From positions 1-32,779 of IMG/VR virus record IMGVR_UViG_3300047669_001907: DNA of 32,779 nt; one strand, given 5' to 3'. How positions within the stretch are numbered: position 1 is the first letter of the stretch; each line of letters begins with the position of its first letter. The position numbers and the translations under genes were made by a program. This document shows positions 25,401 to 32,779 of the stretch, one piece after another. A model generated the notes under the pieces. The model was not told the DNA's origin. It searched no databases and saw only the letters and a list, made by a program, of their open reading frames with translations. This DNA is from a virus. Taxonomy: Duplodnaviria > Caudoviricetes.

Positions 25401-27589
25401 TGTCCTCCACACATAAGGATGCCGCACGATACCAAGAAGCTGCCGCCGAGGAACAAAGTCTAACAATTGGTGGTGTACTAGAAAATCTCAGATACAATTA
25501 CTTTTTACGTTTAACAATGGTTCATCCTGTTGACGTCAAGCAACTAGATTACACTAAAGGTATTATTATAACTGAATCAGGATCAACTGCTCGATATGTT
25601 ATAGATACCGTTGAAATAACGCATACAGTAAGCTGGTCAGGTCACTTACGATCTGCATTTGGATTACGAGGTACAATTAGTATAACTGAACCCGGAGGGG
25701 TAAGTTTATATGATTCTATTTTAAGATCCGCCTCGGCTCTTAATATTAAAAATCATATGGAAGCAACTTACTTGTTATCAGTTCATTTTGTTGCTGAAGA
25801 CGAGCCCGAAATTGGCGGCGAACTTATGCGAATTTTTCCTTATACTTGGCCAGTAAAAGTTACTAACATCACATCAAACATACAACCAGGCGGAGCAACA
25901 TACAGTTTAGAATTTGTAGAAATAGGGCAACAAGCACTTGAAAGTTCGGCTTCACGAATAAGTGATGGATTAACTATTGATAAAGTTTCTACTTTTGAAG
26001 ACTTTATAGATGGATTTGAAGAAGCATTAAACAATACATGTGAAAACGAGAAAGACTTATCAGTACTTGTACCGGATTCATATGAAATTATATACCCTGA
26101 AGAATGGAAAAATTGGAAATTTGAGAATACCGACGATCCTGATAGACAAGATCCATTTGCTAGATCAACAACAGATTCAACAAAATTAACAATAACAATA
26201 GATAAAGGAACGTTTGTTCCTGATGTGCTAGGTACGGCACTAGGTGCAACTACTACTTTTCAAAAACTATTAAGTGATCAAAGCTCAAGCGGAGAACAGT
26301 CAGATAGAAATAAAACTGATAAGCAGAATTTGCGAACAATTAAAAAGTTTTATAGAGTTCAAACAGATACTGAATACGGAGAATTTGATGCATTTAGACA
26401 GGATTATTCTAAGAAATACATTTATAAAATTATTAGCCATTTAGAACCTAAAGTCGATGCTTCACAAGCACGGACAATGAATCCAAATATTGGTGATAAA
26501 TCACAAAGCTCTGTAAGATTATCAAAATATAAAAAGTCAAAACTATTAAAAAAAGTATACGCTTATACAAATACTGGACTGAACAACAATGTGTTAAACT
26601 TTAATTTAAATTTAAATAATGCATATTTTGCAATACAGCCTATATATGGAGGTTCTACTCTTACTGATCTTCCTGGATATAAATTTGATCAGGATAAATC
26701 TCATAAGGAAGAGCAACTTAGAGAAGATATAAAACAACTAACTGCTGAGATTAAATCGGCGGACGCAAAACAAAAAAGCGGAAATCCAAATGAGGCAGCC
26801 GGTGCATCTGCAACAAAAGAAGATAAAATTAAAAAACGAAATAATAAATTTGATGAACTGTCTAGTAGTGTTAGCACAAGTAAGAAACAAATGTCTGCAC
26901 CAAATACTTCAAATAAAGACAGAGTCTCAGGATTAAGGTATGCTGAAATGTTTCAGGAAGATCAAAATTATTTACAAGAAGTAAATAATTATCCTGTAAA
27001 ATATATATCTCAGCCTATAGAAAGTCAGAATGAAGTTTCCGGATTTCCAGGATCAAGACATAGAGGTAGAGCAATATTTAATACTACTATAATAAACCTA
27101 AGTCAGTTGAAGGAATTAGCAAATATTGATATAGAAATTACTGGTGATCCATATTGGTTCGGAGCTCCGAACAGTATCCGAAGCCCGGAAATGGATCCTG
27201 GTGCAAGAAGTCAGCAATCTGCAGATTTTGAGTTAGGTTCTAATATGTTTTTTATTATGATGAATTTTCCATCAACATCTTTATCGGGCATGGATATGAG
27301 TAGTAGTGCTACAACACCAACTGAAAGTAGTGGTAAATTACCAGATATGGGCTTAGAAGGCGGAGAGCAAGCCTCAGCTGAAAATAATGCAATAATTCCT
27401 GAACCGTGGGTTAAAGAAGCAAACGGATTAGAATCAATATATTGTGTTACCCAAGTAATAAGTAGATTTAGCAGTGGGCAATTTACACAACATTTATATG
27501 GATACAGGGATAATTCGATAAATGTACGACTTATTGAACAACAAATTAAACAAGGAATTGTTGTACCAGTATTAGATAGAACGGAATAA
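25400..27589 (+). CDS. Baseplate hub protein (gp27/GpD-like)
   Basis: Between gp53 and gp5; ITEPGG.SL, IEITGDPYW, Y.VTQVISRFSSGQFTQ.L. Confidence 0.65.
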   Translation: MSSTHKDAARYQEAAAEEQSLTIGGVLENLRYNYFLRLTMVHPVDVKQLDYTKGIIITESGSTARYVIDTVEITHTVSWSGHLRSAFGLRGTISITEPGGVSLYDSILRSASALNIKNHMEATYLLSVHFVAEDEPEIGGELMRIFPYTWPVKVTNITSNIQPGGATYSLEFVEIGQQALESSASRISDGLTIDKVSTFEDFIDGFEEALNNTCENEKDLSVLVPDSYEIIYPEEWKNWKFENTDDPDRQDPFARSTTDSTKLTITIDKGTFVPDVLGTALGATTTFQKLLSDQSSSGEQSDRNKTDKQNLRTIKKFYRVQTDTEYGEFDAFRQDYSKKYIYKIISHLEPKVDASQARTMNPNIGDKSQSSVRLSKYKKSKLLKKVYAYTNTGLNNNVLNFNLNLNNAYFAIQPIYGGSTLTDLPGYKFDQDKSHKEEQLREDIKQLTAEIKSADAKQKSGNPNEAAGASATKEDKIKKRNNKFDELSSSVSTSKKQMSAPNTSNKDRVSGLRYAEMFQEDQNYLQEVNNYPVKYISQPIESQNEVSGFPGSRHRGRAIFNTTIINLSQLKELANIDIEITGDPYWFGAPNSIRSPEMDPGARSQQSADFELGSNMFFIMMNFPSTSLSGMDMSSSATTPTESSGKLPDMGLEGGEQASAENNAIIPEPWVKEANGLESIYCVTQVISRFSSGQFTQHLYGYRDNSINVRLIEQQIKQGIVVPVLDRTE

Positions 27590-27590
27590 G

Positions 27591-28721
27591 ATGCAAACAA
27601 AACACTCAAAAAACGTACCAAAGAATTTTCAAAATCATAACCTAATGCCTGGTATCTTTGTTGCTAAAATAAAAGATACCGAAGATTCCGAACTTCATGG
27701 AAGAGTTAGAGCGTGGATACCGTCTTTAGGTTCGTTAGAAAAAGAGGAAAAAAATTGGCGAACTTTATTATATGCCAGTCCGTTTGCTGGTGCAACCGAT
27801 GAATATAAAGTTACGCCAGGTAAAACATATGATGCTACGCAAAAAAGCTATGGTTTCTGGGCCACACCTCCGGATATTAATAATTGGGTGTTGTGTTGTT
27901 TACCTAATGAAAGTCAAGGATATGGTTTTTGGTTTGCATGTATATATCAAGCAGGTACAAATCAACCCGTTCCAGGTATTCCTTATGGTAATACTTCAGC
28001 AGGCGAATTTCCTGCAGTAAACAAAAATAGATCCGAACAAGGTAAAAAAGAAACAACATTTCCTGCTCATGATCCAATGAAAGATGCCCTTACATTACAG
28101 GGCCTTGAAAAAGATAAAGTACGTGGATTAACAACTAGCGGAGCAAGACGTGAAAGCCCAAGTAAAGTATTAGGAATACTAAGTCCAGGACAACATCAGT
28201 TTGTTATGGATGATGAAGATCCTGATAGCGGTATACGTTTACGTACTGCCAATGGTGCTCAAATTTATATAAATGATACAAATGGTTTTATTTACATTAT
28301 TAATAAAGATGGTAGCAGTTGGGTTGAAATGGATAGTGAAGGCCAAATCAATATGTATGCACAGAATAATATCAACATACATAGTGAAGCCAATGTTAAC
28401 ATACATGCTAATCAAGATATACGTTTGCAAGCAGATAATATTGTCGGAATAAAAGCACTTTCTAAAATGCATCTTGAAAGTGTTGAATCAATGAATATCC
28501 AATCTGGTGGTAATATGTTAATAACAACTGATGCTGATGGTAACATAAAATGTGGTGGTCATTATCGCGAAACAGCACAAAGAATTGACATGAATGGACC
28601 TCCAGCAACTGCGGCTGAAAAATTATCACCTAATTCTTTAAGTGAAAATAAAAATATAACTTCTAGCATAGCAGGAAAAGTACCCGAACATGAGCCGTGG
28701 AAAGGCCATGTCACCCAATAG
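27591..28721 (+). CDS. gp5: Baseplate central spike (gp5/VgrG OB-fold plus beta-helix, no internal lysozyme)
   Basis: D....GRVRAWIP, PPD...VL, GQHQFVMDD, RLRTANG, beta-strand repeats, C-terminal HEPWKGH. Confidence 0.85.
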   Translation: MQTKHSKNVPKNFQNHNLMPGIFVAKIKDTEDSELHGRVRAWIPSLGSLEKEEKNWRTLLYASPFAGATDEYKVTPGKTYDATQKSYGFWATPPDINNWVLCCLPNESQGYGFWFACIYQAGTNQPVPGIPYGNTSAGEFPAVNKNRSEQGKKETTFPAHDPMKDALTLQGLEKDKVRGLTTSGARRESPSKVLGILSPGQHQFVMDDEDPDSGIRLRTANGAQIYINDTNGFIYIINKDGSSWVEMDSEGQINMYAQNNINIHSEANVNIHANQDIRLQADNIVGIKALSKMHLESVESMNIQSGGNMLITTDADGNIKCGGHYRETAQRIDMNGPPATAAEKLSPNSLSENKNITSSIAGKVPEHEPWKGHVTQ

Positions 28722-28723
28722 TA

Positions 28724-29593
28724 ATGGCATCTAAACAAAGTAATACACCCCGAGGAATACGTACATATACAGGAGATGTTAACGAGCATAATCGTGAACA
28801 CGGACTTGGATTTTTTGAATTAGCCGACGGTACACACGGCGCTGGCGAGTTTGATGATGGGCATTTAGTAGGCATATCTGTTGTACATAGAAGTTCAGGA
28901 GAAACGTATGCTATTGATCGAAAAGGCAATGATAAAGATGGTAACGGCATTTATGTTTGGCCCGCTAAAAATTCTTATGATGAAGAGACTTGGTACATAG
29001 GAGAATTTAAAAAAACTAAACCCGATGGCTTTGCAATGTTTAAAACAAGTTTCGGTTATACGTGGATAGGTGAAGTAAGCCGACAATGGATGCCGATTGA
29101 AAGTAAAGGGTTTTGGGTTGATAGATATGATAATCCTGTTGAACTGCCTATATGGATCGGTAGCAATGAAAAGTTTGAAGGGTTTGGTACCTTAATTGCA
29201 CTTAACGGAATATGTTATCAAGGAGACTGGGTTAACGGGCAACGACATGGCTGGGGTATTTTTACTAAACCAGATGGATACAGATACGAAGGCGAATTTA
29301 AACATAATAAAAAACACGGCAAAGGAACATTTTTTAAGGCAAAACATAATAATGTCTTTGAAGGTGAGTTTGCTAATAACCTACCTAATGGTAATGGTGT
29401 ACGTTATAATCCAGAAGGTCCAGGAGGTCCGGTTATACATAGGGGAACATTTAAAAACGGATTATACCACGGAAAAGGAGAATTACGTTTTAGTAATTGC
29501 ACATCCTTTTTTGGCACTTGGTGCGAAGGTAAATTAACAGAAGAAGATAAGGTACGATATGAAAAACAAACTGGTGCTATCTATGCTGAGTGA
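28724..29593 (+). CDS. MORN-repeat protein
   Basis: YQGDWVNGQRHGWG, YEGEFKHNKKHGKG, FEGEFANNLPNGNG, GTFKNGLYHGKG. Start moved to ATG 28724, just after the gp5 stop. Confidence 0.88.
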   Translation: MASKQSNTPRGIRTYTGDVNEHNREHGLGFFELADGTHGAGEFDDGHLVGISVVHRSSGETYAIDRKGNDKDGNGIYVWPAKNSYDEETWYIGEFKKTKPDGFAMFKTSFGYTWIGEVSRQWMPIESKGFWVDRYDNPVELPIWIGSNEKFEGFGTLIALNGICYQGDWVNGQRHGWGIFTKPDGYRYEGEFKHNKKHGKGTFFKAKHNNVFEGEFANNLPNGNGVRYNPEGPGGPVIHRGTFKNGLYHGKGELRFSNCTSFFGTWCEGKLTEEDKVRYEKQTGAIYAE

Positions 29594-29909
29594 GGCAGGA
29601 AACTTCAATGATGGACTTGGGGTTAAACATTACAGTGATAGAAAACATGCCGGAGTCTTTAAAGATAAGTTAGAAAACGGTATAGGAATTACAGAATGGC
29701 GATCGGGTGCTAAAGTATATGGTGTTTTTAAAGATGGCACAATGGATGGCTTAGGACTTTTTATAACAAGAACTAAACTAAAATACTACGGGCAAATAAA
29801 AGACTTCAAACCTGTGAGTAACAAACATTGGTTTAATAGTAACAATAAACCAGTAAGTTTAACTTTAGAAGAATCAATTGAAGTATTTGCAAGAGAAATA
29901 GATGCATAG
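29559..29909 (+). CDS. Short MORN-like repeat protein
   Basis: AGVFKDKLENGIG, YGVFKDGTMDGLG; resembles the N-half of the upstream gene. Confidence 0.7.
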   Translation: MKNKLVLSMLSEAGNFNDGLGVKHYSDRKHAGVFKDKLENGIGITEWRSGAKVYGVFKDGTMDGLGLFITRTKLKYYGQIKDFKPVSNKHWFNSNNKPVSLTLEESIEVFAREIDA

Positions 29910-31155
29910 TAAAACATATTGCCCTTATCCGTTTTCGCATATAGCAATTGATACAGATGGAGCAAAAACTTTATGTTGTGTAAGTGCTAGGCACAATAAA
30001 ACTATTCCACCGATGGATTCTAGAGTGAATCAACCAATTAATGATTATTGGAATAGTAAAAAACTTAATAAGATACGTAAAGAACTACTACTTGGTGAAC
30101 GACCAAACGAATGTAAAACTTGTTGGGACTTTGAAGATAAAAATATAACATCTGAACGTATGCAAATATTACATAAAGTTACAAATGATTTAAGTCAGGA
30201 AGAAAAACAAATCATTGATGATAATATAGAATCAGTTAAAAACAATGATGTTATGGCTCATCCTCCGTTTAGTTGGGATATTAAGTTTGGCAATTTATGT
30301 AATTTAACATGTATAATGTGTGATTCAACAAAGAGTTCGCAAATAAACAAAGAAGCAAAAAGACATAAACACCTACCTTACTATCCGCATAACGAAATTG
30401 ATCAATCTACTATGGACTGGCCTATTGAAAATACTTTTTGGAATGATTTTAACAATGTAGTAAGTTCAATAAAATATCTTAAAGTAACGGGTGGCGAACC
30501 ATTACTTAATGAAACATACATAGAATTTTTAAAAAAATTACCAACTAATACTAGTAATTCTATAATTACAAATGGAACTAAAATTACTGAGGAAATGATA
30601 ACAAACATTTTTGCAAGATTTAATCCTTGTGTACACATAAATGTTAGTTTAGATGGTATCAATAGTAATTATGAATATATAAGATATCCAGCAAGATGGA
30701 AATTAGTCGAAGAAAATATAAAGTTATTATTAAAGTATAACATGGATATAACAGTTAATCCAACATTTCAATTACATAATGCATTCAATTATTTTGAAAT
30801 TTTGAAGTGGGCCGAGTCATTAAATATAGTATGTACCCAGGGAGCGTTTGTATTCGGCAAATCATATTTAAGTGTTGATTGTTTAACAGATTCAATGAAA
30901 AAGGAATTAAAAGAATACTATATTAAAGGAAAAGACAAACTTAATAACATAAATCACAAACATATGGTTAAGAATGTTATTAATTATTTGTCTAAGGAAA
31001 CTGATCCCGAAATAATAAAACAAAATAGTAGAATGCTTGTTCGATATACTAAAACATATAATAAAATAAGAAATGTATCATTTGAACAATCATGTCCGCA
31101 AGAATGGAATTTAGTCAAGGAATATTTTAATGATAACAGTAGCACCAGTAACTGA
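29902..31155 (+). CDS. Radical SAM protein with N-terminal SPASM/twitch-like Cys cluster
   Basis: CNLTCIMC (CX3CX2C), TGGEP, TNGT, SLDG, YIRY; N-terminal CPYPF...LCC...CKTC. Confidence 0.92.
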   Translation: MHSKTYCPYPFSHIAIDTDGAKTLCCVSARHNKTIPPMDSRVNQPINDYWNSKKLNKIRKELLLGERPNECKTCWDFEDKNITSERMQILHKVTNDLSQEEKQIIDDNIESVKNNDVMAHPPFSWDIKFGNLCNLTCIMCDSTKSSQINKEAKRHKHLPYYPHNEIDQSTMDWPIENTFWNDFNNVVSSIKYLKVTGGEPLLNETYIEFLKKLPTNTSNSIITNGTKITEEMITNIFARFNPCVHINVSLDGINSNYEYIRYPARWKLVEENIKLLLKYNMDITVNPTFQLHNAFNYFEILKWAESLNIVCTQGAFVFGKSYLSVDCLTDSMKKELKEYYIKGKDKLNNINHKHMVKNVINYLSKETDPEIIKQNSRMLVRYTKTYNKIRNVSFEQSCPQEWNLVKEYFNDNSSTSN

Positions 31156-31897
31156 TTTTAGTATTTTTACAGCATCTACAACTGTCGATACTACCACGTC
31201 TGCATTAGTATCTAGTTTTAGTTTAAGTACTACAGGCAAGTCGTTTATATTGTCACAAGTACGCTATCGTCCTGTAAGAATATATCAAAATGGCGCATAT
31301 CAACAAGGTTATCATAACACTACATTGAATTTCGAATATGGATTAACTGCCGCCGAAGCATATACTGTATTTGAAAGAGATGTTGCTGATGCAACTATCT
31401 ATACTAAAAATTTCTATCCTGCTACTACAAAATGTACCCAAAATCAATTTGATGTACTAGTAAGTTTGTACTTTTTTGATAAAAATCTTTCTACTCTTAT
31501 TGGTAATTCAGGAATATATGATATACAAACAGCATTTATATCTGGAACTGCAAGTAATTTTACTAATATATTAATGGATACTTCAATTAATCGGCAACGG
31601 AACTTTAAAGAAGCAAAAATATATGCATTAGGAGAGTATGGAGATGTTATACCTACGGCGTGGCTTCGTAATGAAGGTATACAATATATGCGGGCAAATT
31701 ATCCTAGTAATTTTCCTAGTGTGGCGAGCAGTCCTACGACTGAGCAAAAAAGGCAAGCTCGATTATCCTATTACCGTGAAGTACAACTTTGGTTAACAGG
31801 AATGACCGAGCTTGAAAAACAAGAAACTACAAATCTATACGATCAAATTCAGGCTGGAACGATAGATCCTCTAAAGGCTTTGAATCAAAGTGCATAA
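31130..31897 (+). CDS. Baseplate-associated lysozyme-fold (GH24-like) protein, catalytically degenerate
   Basis: LSTTGKSFIL...QGY...GLTAAEA..VFERDV...TQNQFDVLVSL...R..EA follows the GH24 scaffold; no Glu at the expected catalytic position. Confidence 0.6.
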   Translation: MITVAPVTDFSIFTASTTVDTTTSALVSSFSLSTTGKSFILSQVRYRPVRIYQNGAYQQGYHNTTLNFEYGLTAAEAYTVFERDVADATIYTKNFYPATTKCTQNQFDVLVSLYFFDKNLSTLIGNSGIYDIQTAFISGTASNFTNILMDTSINRQRNFKEAKIYALGEYGDVIPTAWLRNEGIQYMRANYPSNFPSVASSPTTEQKRQARLSYYREVQLWLTGMTELEKQETTNLYDQIQAGTIDPLKALNQSA

Positions 31898-31966
31898 ATG
31901 CTTTTAATATGATTCCTATAGTCGACATCCATGTTGCGAATAAGATTAATTCTATCATATTACCTC

Positions 31967-32779
31967 TTAGTTATTAAGTGTTTGGGTTCCCCGACGCTGA
32001 CCACTTACGTAAGTATTAGTATTGTGTGTAACCACATTCCTATTACTAGTAAATGACACATTTTGCTTCGGATTAAATAACTTACCTGTTTGTGAATCGT
32101 AGTAACTTCCAGAAATAAAGTTTCCTTGACGGAAGATGCCTTCCATAATCTTTTTATCTCTTTCGGCACTATACAAAATTCCGTTTCCGTGTGCGTAATA
32201 ATAATGACGAGTATAATTACCCGCAGAATTATAAGCTGGAAAACGTGCAACTTCACCTTCGTATCTATTAGTGTCGTTACTACAAGGTGTACCTGGTTCT
32301 AGTCCGCCAAACATCGTTATAACACAACCTTTAAAGTTTGTCAAATCCTCAACAGTTGTATTAGTTTTAGCAATTTTACTTTGTTCTGGTTTATTCCACC
32401 GAGTTGCTTTTGGCTTGATATAATTTGAAACAACAGTTTTCTTTGGAACAAATGTTTTCTTCTTTGAAACAATTTTCCCTACATTTTTTCCTATGTTGTT
32501 TGCAACGATTTCCTTTTTACTTTTTACAACCTTTCTTTTAGTAACAACTTTTTTAACAGGTTGCTTTTTGTTTGAGTAACCAGCTTGCTTAAAAAACTCC
32601 GCACTATTGTTCGCCTGTGACATGGCAACATTAGTAAGATTGTTATTTTGCTTTTTAAGTAGTTTGTTCTCAGACTCAAGCGAATCATTTTTTGCTGTTA
32701 AAGTGTTCACCTCGGTTGCTTTTTCCTTAATAAATGTGTTAGCAGTTTGGGTATGTTCTCTACACAATTCCATTTCTTC
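31967..32779 (-). CDS. Hypothetical protein: coiled coil, Lys-rich linker and MORN-like C-terminus; 5' end probably outside window
   Basis: Frame stays open to the window edge; RYEGEV...AHGNGILY...MEGIFRQGNF. Confidence 0.6.
   Translation of the reverse strand, partial: EEMELCREHTQTANTFIKEKATEVNTLTAKNDSLESENKLLKKQNNNLTNVAMSQANNSAEFFKQAGYSNKKQPVKKVVTKRKVVKSKKEIVANNIGKNVGKIVSKKKTFVPKKTVVSNYIKPKATRWNKPEQSKIAKTNTTVEDLTNFKGCVITMFGGLEPGTPCSNDTNRYEGEVARFPAYNSAGNYTRHYYYAHGNGILYSAERDKKIMEGIFRQGNFISGSYYDSQTGKLFNPKQNVSFTSNRNVVTHNTNTYVSGQRRGTQTLNN

Noticed and set aside
29559-29593. Frameshift or pseudogene joining the two MORN ORFs
   Set aside because: The second ORF has its own ATG with AAGG upstream and resembles a complete duplicate of the first gene's N-domain.
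17359-32256. Short alternative-frame or antisense ORFs within pyrD, gp46, pyrF, hub, gp5, MORN and radical SAM genes
   Set aside because: Nested in or largely overlapping stronger genes, with no recognisable motifs.

Overview
AT-rich segment of a large T4-like (myovirus, probably jumbo-class) bacteriophage genome. Left, minus strand: three Cys-enriched tail/head-fibre-like genes (the first is absent from the ORF track and runs off the window), a subtilisin S8 protease, and the head operon (portal gp20, small protein, inserted sulfotransferase-like gene, acidic core protein, gp21 protease, gp22 scaffold, gp23 capsid). A tape-measure-like gene is divergent from gp26. Middle, minus strand: gp55 late sigma factor, gp47 and gp46 split by pyrF, a 2OG-Fe(II) oxygenase, pyrD, an ACP-like protein, an Hjc-type nuclease, about 425 bp of highly structured non-coding DNA, and GDPD-like and glycosyltransferase-like genes. 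Right, plus strand: cytidylyltransferase-like gene and baseplate module (tube-cap-like, gp53, hub, gp5 spike, degenerate lysozyme) interrupted by MORN-repeat and radical SAM genes. Most notable: (1) an unannotated ~290-nt pseudoknotted minus-strand RNA-like element directly behind the Hjc nuclease, followed by GNA-triloop hairpins; (2) a likely programmed -1 frameshift fusing gp26 to a start-less gp51-like frame; (3) systematic Cys substitution in fibre motifs alongside scattered modification enzymes; (4) a pseudo-ACP with Ser>Thr at the pantetheinylation site; (5) pyrD and pyrF auxiliary metabolic genes. All calls come from motif recognition by eye; no database searches were run.
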